From: Octopus sinensis
Taxonomy: Eukaryota
Length of the DNA: 64,000 nt
Direction of reading: 5' to 3'
Assembly (NCBI RefSeq): GCF_006345805.1
Contig: NC_043011.1
Span: forward strand, 4,030,001 to 4,094,000
The notes under the pieces are model-generated. The model saw only the letters and a list, made by a program, of their open reading frames with translations, was not told where the DNA came from and made no database searches. A program made the position numbers and the translations under genes. Every line of letters starts with the position of its first letter. Position 1 is the stretch's first letter. This document shows, piece by piece, positions 25,435 to 38,800 of this stretch.

Positions 25435-25805
25435 TTTTTTTACTTGTTTCAGTCATTTGACTGCGGCCATGCTAGAGCACTGCCTTTAGTCGAGCCAATC
25501 GACCCCGGGACTCATTCTTTGTAAGCCCAGTACTTATTCTGTCGGTCTCTTTTGCCGAACCTCTAAGTGACGAGGACGTAAACACACCAGCATCGGTTGT
25601 CAAGCAATGCTAGGGGGACAAACACAGACACACAAACACACACATACATATATATATATATGCATATATACGACAGGCTTCTTTCAGTTTCCGTCTACCA
25701 AATCCACTCACAAGGCATTGGTCAGCCCGGGGCTATAGCAGAAGACACTTGCCCAAGATTCCATGCAGTGGGACTGAACCTGGAACCATGTGGTTGGTTA
25801 GCAAC
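25435..25805 (-). mobile_element. SINE family A
   Basis: Reverse-complement copy. Confidence 0.9.
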
Positions 25806-26049
25806 ATTATTATTATTATTTAAGTGTTGAGATGAAAGAATTATCAGTACATTGGACAAAATTCTTAATGGAATTTCCTCTGCTTCTTTGTGTTCTGAGA
25901 TGAAATCCCACTAACGTCGACTTTGCCAGTCATCCTTGTGGCAAAATTTGAAACCATGGCTTTATAAAAAAAGTGCCAGTCAAGTACTGGGGATTGAGGA
26001 AATTGTCTATACCCCTCCCAGTAGAAAATATTATCATCATCATCATAAA

Positions 26050-26250
26050 GACGGCAAACTGGCAGAATCATTAGTATGTCAGGCAAATGCTTAGCAGCAT
26101 TTCGACCGTCTTTACATTTGGAGTTCAAATTCTGTGGAGGTCAACTTTGCCTTTCATTCTTTCGGGGTCAATAAAATAAGTATCATTTGTGCACTAGGAT
26201 CAATGTGATTGACTTGCCATTCACTTAAAATTTCAGGCCTTGTGCTTATA
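26050..26250 (+). mobile_element. SINE family B, head-to-head with a diverged minus copy at ~25850-25990
   Basis: GGCAGAATCATTAG...GAGTTCAAATTC...GCCTTTCATTCTTTCGGGGTCAATAAAATAAG. Confidence 0.8.
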
Positions 26251-26264
26251 ATAAAAAGGATTAT

Positions 26265-26790
26265 TATTATTACCATCATAATAATAATAATAATAATAAT
26301 AATAAAACATTGTGTACAGTGCCCAGGTGCACTACAACTCATCTAAAGTGTATGTATAGTACATAGGGTAATGTACAAGCGTCAGGAAAAGAACAGTGCA
26401 TGAGTCATGACATACACATATGTGTATGAGTATGGAAGGGGGACAATCAGATGTAGTTTCAGCAGATTTCGGAAAGCATGAGGGCCTTATAGGATGCAGT
26501 GTCATGGCAGTCAACAACTGATGCCAGCAGTCTGTTCCATGCTTCAGCAACTCTGAGCGTGAAAAAATGTTTCCGAAAGTCATGGGAGCTGTGCTGTTTT
26601 CTGACTTTGTAGGTATGTCCACGTGTCTTGGACACATGGAGATCAAAAAGGTGTTCAGTGTTGTTGTTGGTGAGGTGGTTGATAACTTTGTGGGTGTTTA
26701 CCAAGTCCATCGCCAGACGCCGGAGCTTCAGTGAATCCATGCCCAGGGAAACAAGGCACTCATCATCATGAATGCCTGAAAGCAATTATG
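26265..26790 (-). mobile_element. CR1/L2-clade LINE 3' end with (ATT)n tail
   Basis: SLKLRRLAMDL...KTRGHTYK...RKHFFTLRVAEAWNRL. Confidence 0.9.
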
Positions 26791-28207
26791 GCCAATTGCA
26801 TTTTGAGTTCAAATCCTGTTAGTTTTCACTTTGTCCTTCATCTTTCAAAAGTCAATAAAATGAATACCAGTAAATTACTGATTTGGATTTAATCAGTTAA
26901 GACTTTCTCCAAAATCTTCAGACTTGTACTTAGTCAGAAATTATCATAACCATCATCGTTATTTGTTATTAATAGCCTTATGTCACTGGAGACTGAGTCT
27001 TTGAATTAATTTGTATCCCAGTTCTGGCAATAGTCTCTGTCAATTTCTTCTATTCATCCAGAAGTAAAACAGAGATTTTGTTTCTCTGTTCTTCCTTTTT
27101 TTTATTTCTTATTTTTTTCTTCTTTTCATTGCTGAAATATGAAGATAATATTGCAAGTGAGAGGTGTATATGCTAACCATCTCTACCAGCCAGTACTGCA
27201 GACACTACAAATAAATATTATCTGTTCAATAAATGACAATGATTTATTCCAAAACAATACAAAACTAAAAGAACTTTTTGAAATAACATACTCATAACAA
27301 GTTATACTGGTAAAATAATTCCACTCCATTACACCATTGTGAATGCATTTTTTTATGATTTGTTTTCGTTAGTTTTGTTTGTTTTTTTACAGTCTACAAT
27401 CAAATAGTCGCCAGTTAGTTGTTTAATAGTATTTGATCTTTGGATAATTATCTTAGATGAGATGTTTACCAAACTTCAGTCCCTACACACATACACACAC
27501 ACACACACATACACAGACACACACACACACACCACACACACACACATACACACTCACAATCTCACATCCACACATTAATTTATAAAAAAATCGATGAAAT
27601 CCTCTGTCAAAGAACAAACATTGTTAAATTATAAATAATAACATCAAAACAGTCTGAATGACTTCTATACCCAACCCCAACCCCCATAAAAATATTCAGG
27701 TCCAATTAGAATTTTCAGAATTTGTTTCTTTTTTATTTAATTGTTATTGTTGTGGAATAGTCATGACGACTCTGCTTAATGAAACCCAGGTTTCCTTTCA
27801 GCAAAAAAAAGGTAGCCTAAGATTTTTTTAGAACAGACTAAAAATGTGTTTTGAAGAAAAAAGGTGGAGTGGGAGCTTCTTAAGAGCATGAGTAGAACTA
27901 ATAACTATATTACAATGATAATGAATTATGTAAATAGGAAGCCTCCATGTGATCATTCAGCCAGTTACGAGTAGCAATCAAATGCTCCATCAGATCATAT
28001 CTTGTCATCTTAAAAAGAACACATTGACTTCATAGGTAATGTGATCCTGGGTTTCACTAAGCTTGAAAAAGAATGGGATAATCATGGCTAGAACAACTTT
28101 CATCATATGTTATTATAGTGGACCTGAAGCTAAACAGAGGCAACATCTATTATGTATAGAAGTTTCATTTTAAAGCTACTTGAATCTGAACCATTTAAAA
28201 AGTTGAT

Positions 28208-28608
28208 AGGCGCAGGAGTGGCTGTGGTAAGTAGCTTGCTAACCAACCACATGGTTCCAGGTTCAGTCCCACTGCGTGGCATCTTGGGCAAGTGTCTTTT
28301 ACTATAGCCCCGGGCCGACCAATGCCTTGTGAGTGGATTTGGTAGACGGAAACTAGAAGCCTGTCGTATATATGCATATATATATATGTGTGTGTTTGTG
28401 TGTCTGTGTTTGTCCCCCTAGCATTGCTTGACAACCGATGCTGGTGTGTTTACGTCCCCGTCACTTAGCAGTTCGGCAAAAGAGACCGACAGAATAAGTA
28501 CTGGGCTTACAAAGAATAAGTCCCGGGGTTGATTTGCTCGACTAAAGGCGGTGCTCCAGCATGGCTGCAGTCAAATAACTGAAACAAGTAAAAGTAAAAG
28601 AGTAAGAA
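28208..28608 (+). mobile_element. SINE family A
   Basis: Full element. Confidence 0.92.
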
Positions 28609-28622
28609 AGAAGGTGTCTTAC

Positions 28623-28707
28623 ATTCCAAACTACCAAAAAATGATGTGCAGTGCATTCTGAATTGATTACAGTCTCAGAATTGTTTCCCTGAAGACGAAC
28701 TAACAGC
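28623..28707 (-). CDS. Candidate 85-nt internal exon (xLLVRLQGNNSETVINSECTAHHFLVVWN); protein not recognised
   Basis: Acceptor TTCAACATTTCAG, donor GTAAGA, only one open frame. Confidence 0.4.
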
Positions 28708-29153
28708 CTGAAATGTTGAATTGCAAAGAAACAGATTATCCAGGATGGAATGCAGTGGAGGATTTTGGCTGTAACTATCACCTACCTAATACCTTTACAC
28801 ACAATACAAAAATTAGTATGAAGAGGGAGATTTGGTAGCTATTTCATGCGAATCAAATACTGCACTAAAGTTGTTTTCTTACATGTGATTTCTTTTGTCT
28901 TACTTTGAGTATGTTTCAGAGCAATTTAGCAATTCCACTAAGACAAGAAATCTTTCAATTCCAATTTTAAAATTGTTTTTTTAAATGTCCTTTGAGATTT
29001 ATGTGGAGAAGAGATCAATTGTTACTCAGAGGAATCAACTTCCCAGATGAGAATTCTAATCTAAATTAAGATCTTGGTGTATAATGAAAGCTACAACTTT
29101 CCATTTAATCACACCATTACTATAATGTTTCACACCTTTCTATATAATAATAT

Positions 29154-29463
29154 CATCACGTGACCAACCAGTCCATCAGATGTAGTTACACATCGCTGGT
29201 CACAATGCATTCGCATTGTTTTAGCCTTCGAATGACGCCACCCCGCTGGCTAAGCGAGCAGGTCAACAGAAGAAAGAGTGGGAGAAAGAGTGGGAGAAAG
29301 AGTGGTGAAAGAGTACAGCAGGGATCACCACCCCCTGCCGGAGCCTCGTGGAGCTTTTAGGTGTTTTCGCTCAATAAACACTCACAACGCCCGGTTGGGA
29401 ATCGAAACCGCGATCCTACGACCGCGAGTCCGCTGCCCTAACCACTAGGCCATTGCGCCTCCA
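29154..29463 (-). mobile_element. tRNA-derived SINE, OR-like, tail type 1
   Basis: Same head and tail as 1328-1636. Confidence 0.92.
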
Positions 29464-30764
29464 CATATAATAATATATACAGTATTTCATATTCTATGTC
29501 ATGAAATGTGTGAAGTGTTATATTCAAAATTAGGCCAGCAATACATGAAATGTAAGTTCATTTCCTCAGAAGGCATTTTCATGTGTGTTGTGTAAAAGAA
29601 TTATTTTGGCAGATACATGTAGCCTCCCTATGGAGAGGTTTCCCTACTTTTTTGTCATTTACTCAGCAGCAATGAAGAGTTATGCGATAAAAGTTGACCT
29701 CATAAGCCCTTAGGTTTTCCTAAAAGGATTAGTTCTGTTAATGTTTATTTAGAAGAAAGATGATGGCTCCATAATAAGACTGCTACAGTTTATACATCAA
29801 GGTATTGGGTTCAAGAATTTGTTCCAATTTTGTGATTTACCTTCTATGAATAAGTATAATTTTGTAATGTGGCATAGGCCTGAAAATTAAGTTGCTGACA
29901 GTTAATCTTACCAATATCTTTGAGCCTAATTCTGTATTTGTCATCATAATTTTATCTGCAACTTCCATATATCTGTTGTCTGGCTTTAAAAGGTCTTGTT
30001 AATGCTGATAATTATCATTTCCCATAGACATATAGATTTGGAGTAGAGATTATATGAGATTAAAAGCAACGTCAGAACAAACCTAGTTTTTATTTTATAT
30101 ACATATTTACTCAAGAGACATTCAGGCCAAATCAGCTCCATCAAGATTAGATCTCAGAATGCAAAAAGACCAAATCAAATCCCACAAATTACTTAGTAAA
30201 TAACTTCATTATTTCTGCTGATTCTTTCTTCTTTCAGCAACATCTGTAACAAAAACAACAACACTAATAATCATACTTTCTAACACTGGATTAAGACTAC
30301 AAATTTGGGATAGGGGTATTTAAATATACTGATGCTTATTTTATGGGCTCTGAAAGGATGAAAAACAAGATTTTAGCTCACAATGTAGGCATAATCCAAT
30401 GCTTTGCCATTTCTGCTACCCAACAATTTCTCAATAATAATAACAATGACTATTTTATCATAGTCACAAAAGGTCATAACTTGTTATCATTTTACAAATA
30501 AAAGTAAAACATCAAGAGCAAATTTAATTGAAATTTTCGATCTTCATTCAAATTGTCAAGATTTGAATTTATATTGCTTTCTCCCCGAGGTCATTAGAAA
30601 AACAAATCTTTAAAGTTATACAATTAATATTTTAATTCTAATGAAAAGTAGATAACTTTTTTATTCAAATTATTTTTTTGAAGAGATAATTGTTATTCCA
30701 TGCTTTTAAACAAGAAATTAACATTACAATTAGAATATAGTCCTTTATAAAGGTGGCAATCTGA

Positions 30765-30940
30765 GCGAAATGCTTAACAGTATTTTGTCTGCCTTTATGT
30801 TCTGAGTTCAAATTCTACCAAGGTCAACTTTGCCTTTCGTCTTTTTAGGGTCGATAAATTAAGTACCAGTTGTGAATTGGGGTCGATTTAATCCACTGCC
30901 CCCCCCCCGCAAAATTTCAGGCCTTGTGCCTCAAGTAGAA
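30765..30940 (+). mobile_element. SINE family B
   Basis: GAGTTCAAATTC...GCCTTTCGTCTTTTTAGGGTCGATAAATTAAGTACCAG. Confidence 0.85.
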
Positions 30941-31474
30941 AAGAATATAGTCCTTTATAATTTGCTGTTACTTAACTGCCTCCAATTGTTGTTATTGTGT
31001 AGTCCCTAAGTCAGTTTCTGACAGAGCAAATTTAAGGCATAACAATTAACTAGATGAGATCCTCAAACCAGTTGTTTTCTTTGACCCTTTCAATATGTCA
31101 AATTATTAATCCTTTAACCAGAATTCCAACTGTGACAATCTGCTGATCTTTTCTGCTATAACAGAAACTGCTTTATTCAATATATTCAATATATTCTTCA
31201 GTTTTCAAGAGTGGTCAAATTTGAAGGAAATTTGGTTTTTATTACTCCTAACTATGTGACCACATAGAATCTCCATTACTGACTCATACTCCTCTTATAA
31301 TTGTCTCCTGTGTACAGTATTCTTGTATAGGTTATTTGATAATATTTAACCTGCTAGCAATCATTATGTATGATGGTGAAGAGGATGGGGGCAGAGGTAA
31401 CAGTGAGGATGATGGTGGTAGAAGCATCCAAGGATGGTATCCACCTAACTGAGGTTGTCCTATGCCTGATGAGT

Positions 31475-31568
31475 TTAACATAACACCAGACACAGTCCTG
31501 TAATCAGAACCAGAGTCCAGATCCAATTACAAGATTGATTGAATCTATTAATGATCTTTGCTCTGAAA
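31475..31568 (-). CDS. Candidate terminal coding exon with hydrophobic C-terminus (FRAKIINRFNQSCNWIWTLVLITGLCLVLC-stop)
   Basis: Acceptor CCTATTTTCAG in non-repetitive sequence; one plausible frame. Confidence 0.3.
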
Positions 31569-33606
31569 CTGAAAATAGGAATGGCTTCTACAGTTTTATT
31601 TGAAAGAGTTGAACTGAGTATTGCAAGCTAACACAGAATTTGCCAAAATGTAAAGTCTACCATTGTTTATAATTATATGTTCTTCCTATTTTATGGTACC
31701 TATTTATGGTTAAGTTAAACCAAGTCATTTAGATGTTCCTCCTTTCAGTAACAAAACCACCCATGACCACCTCTTCCATAATACAAAACCTTGTTTTAGT
31801 GTGTCCATACTCAAACTAAAATCTATCATAATTTTGTGTAAGAAACTTTTGTTAACTTGTGTTGGAAATATCAGTTGAGTTAATTTACTATATCATTTCA
31901 AATCATTGATTATTTTCAAAACTAATTAAAACACATAGACACTGTATTTTATTGAAAATAGGGATCACTAAAGGGTTATGTGTGTTACTGACTGATGTAA
32001 AGCAGTATCAGTTACAGGATATTAACACGAAAATTTTGATATGGTTATTTAGCATCATAATAACTCGGCTATCAGTTATTTCACAAGTAGTTGCAAGCAG
32101 CCTCAGAGTTTTGAAAGCAAAACTATAATTTTTTCTTTTAATAAAGAAAATTGTTTAGCTTCACTGTCAAAATTAAACAAAATGGTTAATTTGTTGCACT
32201 GCAGGATTTATTTCTCTATAGGCTGAAAAAGATGGGGTTAATTTAACTTGTCTTCTTAGACATTGATCAGAAAAAGCATAGCCAACTTCTGTCCATTAAG
32301 AGATCAGTAGTTTAATTATCTATAATGCATTTAAACTGCAACTCAACCAAATGGGTTTGTCTAATTTGCCTAACAGTATATGTGCTGACCATGTAGATTA
32401 ATTCATTAATTTAGTGTGCAATACACAGATGTTTTGATATTTTTGCAATGATAGCTGTAAGCTAGTAATAATCTCTTCATAGACAAAACTGATTTCTTTC
32501 CTTGAGAAATATTTAACAAGACTCAAAACTGGTCAAGCCAATTCCATTTCTTTCTATTTAAGAAGTGTTATAACCACACTGTTTAGCTTTTTTGTTTTTT
32601 TTCAGTGAGGTGAAAAGTTGTATGTTTATAAAAAAGGAAATAAAATTATTAAAAACTGGTTATCTTACTTTTCATATCATCCAAAAATGCTTTATAGTAT
32701 AGGATGAATGAATTAAAATCTCAGGGCCGTCTCCCTAAAGAAAGAATAATTGCATGGAATGTTGGGATGGGATGAAACAATAAATTATCCAGGGTAGAAT
32801 GCAATGATTAAATACTGGGTATCACCATTAGTCATCTACCTTCACTCACACACACTCTCAATTGCTAACTAGTTGTCATGACAACAAAAAGCAAATATCA
32901 AGTACTATAGTTGGCACTATAAGCTATCAGCTACAATTTGCTGCTATAATATTTTTAACTGTTGTTGATAGTTCACTGTATTTTTTACTTGCTGTTTTTT
33001 TTTGTTTTAGCTTTGCTTTTTTTTTATAAACTAGCCCGAACTTATCAAAGAACAAAAGAGCCTCAAAGGGGAAATAAATTTAATCTATGTCATGGATGGA
33101 ATTCATAAAAAGAATATTCCATCATTAAAATGCAAGTCACTAACATGGGGAAATTGAAGAAGAGAAAAACTTGAAACAGTTTATATATCATTTTAGTTGC
33201 ATACAAAGATCTCTAGTTGTAGTTGACACTTTAATACAGAAATATATAAAAAAAGAACACCCACATATATATATATACATGAAAAATAAGCTAAAATACA
33301 AAAAGTATATTACCATAATTAGTATTTAAGTCATATTACAACAAAGTTTTTTATTTTACTGTTTTTGCTTTTCACCCCACTGTCTCTGTCTTATTAGGAA
33401 ATTTGAAAAAAGAAAAAAAAAGTATTTTACAATGTAAGTTCTTGATGGGAAATACATAAAAATCAATATCAATACTGATTCCATTTTTAAGTGTTACATC
33501 TTTTGTTTATCTTTTTTCTTTATCTTTTGTTATATTCTACAAATTTAGAGTAAGTAATAGTATATTTCACTTTATTCTTACAATAACAGCAAAACATTAA
33601 AAAAAG

Positions 33607-33608
<2 letters not shown>

Positions 33609-33689
<81 letters not shown>

Positions 33690-33707
33690 GATAATGATAA
33701 TAATAAC

Positions 33708-33757
<50 letters not shown>

Positions 33758-33765
33758 TAATAATG
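33609..33765. repeat. (AAT)n microsatellite
   Basis: Direct reading. Confidence 0.95.
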
Positions 33766-34258
33766 GTATGCAAATTAATTATAGAAAATAGAGTTTGGTG
33801 GGGTGGGGTGGGGGAATCAGTTCAATGTTTATTTTCAATATAATATACAAAAGGTATTGATTCCTTTTAGCCAGACATAAAACTGATTCTAACAAAGCTG
33901 GGGTATAGTAAATTGACTTAGTTGAAATGTGTTACTAGCATCTCTTTCACTGACTCTCACACCTAAAAGGATTTAAAACGAGTTGGACACCAACTTATTA
34001 CTGGTACTTGTATCATTGACTGCTGAAAGTTTTCAAGGTGCCCCTAACCTCAGAAAACTGTCAACTTAGAATGCAGATGGAGGAGAGAGATACAGCAAAT
34101 CGATGTTACAGCTTGCTAAGTTACTACTAACAGGGGAGATAGTTACAATGTTACAATTATGTAACAATTGACTGTAGGGATTGTTACGGTCAGTGTTATA
34201 GTAACAATTTACATTCAAACGTAACAGTTGTGTTACATTTGATAGTAAAAATTGTAGT

Positions 34259-34641
34259 GGAGGCGCAATGGCCCAGTGGTTAGGGCAGCGGACTCGCGGT
34301 CATAGGATCGCGGTTTCGATTCCCAGACCGGGCGTTGTGAGTGTTTATTGAGTGAAAACACCTAAAAGCTCCACGAGGCTCCGGCAGGGGATGGTGGTGA
34401 TCCCTGCTGTACTCTTTCACCACAACTTTCTCTCACTCTTACTTCCTGTTTCTGTTGTACCTGTATTTCAAGGGGCCGGCCTTGTCACTCTCTGTGTCAC
34501 GCTGAATATCCCCGAGAACTACGTTAAGGGTGCACGTGTCTGTGGAGTGCTCAGCCACTTACACATTAATTTCACGAGCAGGCTATTCCGTTGATTCGGA
34601 TCAACCGGAACCCTCATCGTCGTAACCGATGGAGTGCTTCC
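34259..34641 (+). mobile_element. tRNA-derived SINE, OR-like head, tail type 2
   Basis: GGAGGCGCAATGGCCCAGTGGTTAGGGCAGCGGACTCGCGG head; 3' half differs from the 1328 and 29154 copies. Confidence 0.92.
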
Positions 34642-34874
34642 ACACAATTGATGATAGGACTGCTAATAGTCAGTGTTATAATTTTGTTGAAATTATGTTG
34701 AAGAATGTTATAGTCAGCATTACAATCACGTTATAATTGTGTTACATTTGTGTTACAATTGATCACAGGGATTATTTCAGCCAGTGTTACAATTCAGTAA
34801 GAATTGATGATGGTGATTGTTAGTCAGAGTAAAATTGCATTACAACTGATGGTAGATTTGTTAAGAGTCATAGA

Positions 34875-35257
34875 GGTGGCTGTGTGGTAAGTAGCTTGCT
34901 TACCAGCCATATGGTTCCGGGTTCAGTCCCACTGCATGGCACCTTGAGCAAGTGTCTTCTACTATAGCCTCAGGTCGACTAAAGCCTTGTGAGTGGATTT
35001 GGTAGACGGAAACTGAAAGAAGCCCATCGTATATATGTATATGTATATATATATGTGTGTGTCTGTGTTTGTCCCCCCAACATCGCTTGACAACCAATGC
35101 TGGTGTGTTTACGTCCCCTTAACTTAGCGGTTCGGCAAAAGAGACCGATAGAATAAGTACTAGGCTTACAAAGAATAAGTCCAGGGGGCGATTTGCTCGA
35201 CTAAAGGCAGTGCTCCAGCATGGCCACAGTCAAATGACTGAAACAAGTAAAAGAGTC
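34875..35257 (+). mobile_element. SINE family A
   Basis: Full element. Confidence 0.92.
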
Positions 35258-36007
35258 ATTGCTACAATCATGTTAAAATTGTGATAATTATGATACATAT
35301 ATATTAAAATTGTATTATAATTATGATACGATTGTGTTACACTTGATGGTAAAGATTGTTACCATCACTGTTACATAACATTTGTGTTACAGTTGTTAGC
35401 AGGGACTGATTCAGTTTGTGTTACAGCTGTTTTGCAACTGATGGTGAAGAATGTTTGTTATCAGAGCAAACAATCGATTAAAACAATATATAAGAAAAGC
35501 GATTGAAACTGAGACATTATGTGTAGTTTATGTGCAAGACTTCAACAAGAATGATATCCAAAAATTTAAACTATAAATATCCATTTTTACCTCTTTGATA
35601 AATATCACATTATGTAAAAAGAAGGTTTATTAATTTATACAAAAATGTACAGCAATAGATTGTATGGCTTCTACCTCTATTCTTATTCGAATTTAAACAA
35701 TTGTTTACTATATGATTTCTCACAGTTATCTTAAATATATGCATACGTTTACACATGCTCACACAACACAAACACATACAACTCCCACACACATAACAGT
35801 TGCAGTATTTTTATGTCTGTTCTATGGGATATTTTGTTTCGACATAGTTTCTACACATATATATATATGTACATACATGCATAAGTATGTATGTACACAC
35901 ATATAACATACACACACATGCACACACACACAGGCACACACACATGCATACAGGATGCATTAATGAAGTTGAGGCTTCAAGAAGTTGCGAAAGAGACAGA
36001 CGCTTCA

Positions 36008-36071
36008 TGTGTGTGTGTGTGTTTGTGTGTGTGTGTTTGTGTGTGTGTGTGGGTGTTTGTGTGTGTTTGTT

Positions 36072-36104
<33 letters not shown>

Positions 36105-36241
36105 GTGTTTGTGTGTGTGTCTGTGCGTGTGTCTGTGTGTGTGTCTGTGTGTATGTGTTTGTGTGTGTGTGTGTCTGTGCGTGTGTCTGTGTGTGTGTCT
36201 GTGTGTATGTGTTTGTGTGTGTGTGTGTCTGTGTGTGTGTC

Positions 36242-36272
<31 letters not shown>

Positions 36273-36360
36273 CTGTGTGTGTGTCTGTGTGTGTGTTTGT
36301 GTGTGTGCGTGTGTCTGTGTGTGTGTGTGCGTGTGTGTATGTGTGTGCGTGTGTGTCTGT
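36008..36360. repeat. (TG)n array with higher-order units of ~58 bp
   Basis: CTGTGCGTGTGTCTGTGTGTGTGTCTGTGTGTATGTGTTTG recurs. Confidence 0.9.
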
Positions 36361-37002
36361 CTCATTGATACCCCAACATCAACTCTAATGTAACCACACC
36401 AAACTATAAAAATAGATGAATAAATAAATAAATAAACAAATAAATAAACAAATAAATAAACAAATAAATAAAGCCACTTTGCATTAATGAAACTCATAAA
36501 CAACCATTTCTGCTATTTATCATACCAAACCTACCTCACCAGATACTATTATCTATTTAATTGCATTTTTTGACCAAATAACTTTATGTAGTAATCACCC
36601 CAGCCCACTTATATTCATACAAACTCATACGAAAATACTAACTATAACTGGATTGCCCAACAAGACATACTCACATACACTCACTGATATGCATGCACAC
36701 ATACACACACACATGTACGTGTGTACACTCACACAGACACACACACATGTATGCACACACACACACACACATGCATACACACACAATTCCTCTAAGTATA
36801 CTGCCTCCACTACCCAATTATAGAGAACCTCCACTTTTTTTTATTTTCACTTTCTGATGATTCCAGATAAGGATAAAACTAATAGTCATTGTGTGACCTT
36901 CACCTTCCAATAATCACAATATAGCATATTCTACAAAGGAATTGAATCATCTCTAACTTAGAGGTACTATTTAGTATACGCTATGTATTATTTGTGAGAC
37001 AC

Positions 37003-37255
37003 ATGGCTTAGTGGCTACAATATTTGGCTCACTGGCCTTGACTGGCTTCCATGCTGGTGGCACGTAAAAAGCACCCACTACACTCACAGAGTGGTTGGCG
37101 TTAGGAAGGGCATCCAGCTGTAGAATCACTGCCAGATCAGACTGGAGCCTGATGCAGCCTCCTGGCTTCCCAGACCCTGGTCAAACCATCCAACTAATGC
37201 TAGCTTGGAAAACGGACGTTAAACGATGATGATGATGATGACGATCATGACGATC

Positions 37256-37328
<73 letters not shown>

Positions 37329-37730
37329 CGACGACGACGACGATGATGATGACAATGATGACGATGATGATGATGATGACGATGAAGACAATGATGACGA
37401 TGATGATGATGATGATGATGATGATGTGATGATGATGATGATGATGATGATGAAGATTAAGTCATGGGTTTGCTTCCAGGCAGTTCATTGTGTCCTTGAG
37501 CAAGACACTTCATTTCATATGCCTCCAGTTCATTTAGCTGGCAAAAATGAATAGCACCTGTATTTCAATGGGGCCAGCCTTTTCACATCCTGTGTCATGC
37601 TGAATCTCAACAAGAACTACATTAAGGGTATATCCGTGCTATACTCAGCCACTTGCATGCTAATTTCATGAGCAGGCTGTCCCATTGATCAGATTAACTG
37701 TAACCCTCAGTATCATAACTAATAGAGTGC
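37003..37730 (+). mobile_element. Old tRNA SINE (tail type 2) split by a nested family C insertion
   Basis: Head at ~37003-37035; remainder at 37456-37730 matches 34460-34640. Confidence 0.7.
37036..37455 (+). mobile_element. Retroposon family C with expanded (GAT)n tail
   Basis: GGTGGCACGTAAAAAGCACCC...GGACGTTAAAC followed by ~230 bp of (GAT)n. Confidence 0.88.
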
Positions 37731-38455
37731 CAGTTGTATTATTATACATGTAAATATGCTCTCATGCCTGCATACATATATGTATGCTTGCATACATACA
37801 TATACACTTACATACATACATGTACACTTACATATATGTACGTTTGTATATACGCATGCATACATGTATAATTTATAATTGAAAGGTTCATTATGACTTG
37901 CAAGAAGCTTCAAGAAGATAACCACTTCTAGAATAATCAGCATTTAGGATGTGAACTCTAGAAGCAACATTGATAAAACATCTTGCGAGTTGTAAGTAAT
38001 ATTTCACATTTAAAAAACACATTCTGCCTTCAAATACATTGGTATTATTTGATGTTCAGAACCTTACCTATATGAATAAGGGCACCTACATTACTATATA
38101 TGGATGAATAACATGTGTGTATATATAATATATATATATATATATAAATCTTAATTAAAATATTAGGGTAGCAAGAATATTCATAGAAAAATTCTTAGTT
38201 ACCAGTGGTCTAGCGAGAAAGAAAAAATTAGTCAATAGATTATATATTATTCAGAGAAGAATACAGTGTACGTTCAAACACAAAAGAGATACCTGAAGAA
38301 TAGGATATCTGACTCGCTAGAAAGAGCAGTTAAAACTCCAAGCCACCAATTGTTGTAATTCCGAAAGTGATTGAAAATTAAAAACTTTTACCTTAATCCT
38401 AGACCCTGCAAGGTTTCTGCAAAGTTTCATATATATATATAGATAGATATGTATG

Positions 38456-38505
<50 letters not shown>

Positions 38506-38562
38506 CACACATATATATATATAAGTAAAGTTAATATAAAATATTTATGTATTGGAAAACCT

Positions 38563-38800
38563 CATGGCTTAGTGGTTAGGGTGTTGCACTCATAATCATA
38601 AGATTGTGGTTTCAATTCCTGGACCAGGCAGTGCATTGTATCTTGAGCAAAGCATTTTACTCTTTGTTTTTCCAGTTCACTCAGCTGGCAAAGATGAATG
38701 GTCTTGCAATAAACTAGCATCCCATCCAGGAGGAATATATATGCCACAGAATTGAGGAGATAAACCTCATGAGCTTATGACTCAGGGAAGACCTTTGATG
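38563..38800 (+). mobile_element. tRNA-derived SINE family E; related minus copy at ~39440-39645
   Basis: TGGCTTAGTGGTTAGGGTGTTGCAC...GGTTTCAATTCC...TCTTGAGCAA. Confidence 0.75.

Noticed and set aside
38295-38340. CTGAAGA...CTAGAAAG in a (TA)n-flanked unit, hammerhead-like
   Set aside because: Stem II has only 3 bp, and no stem III, cut triplet or stem I could be built from this copy.
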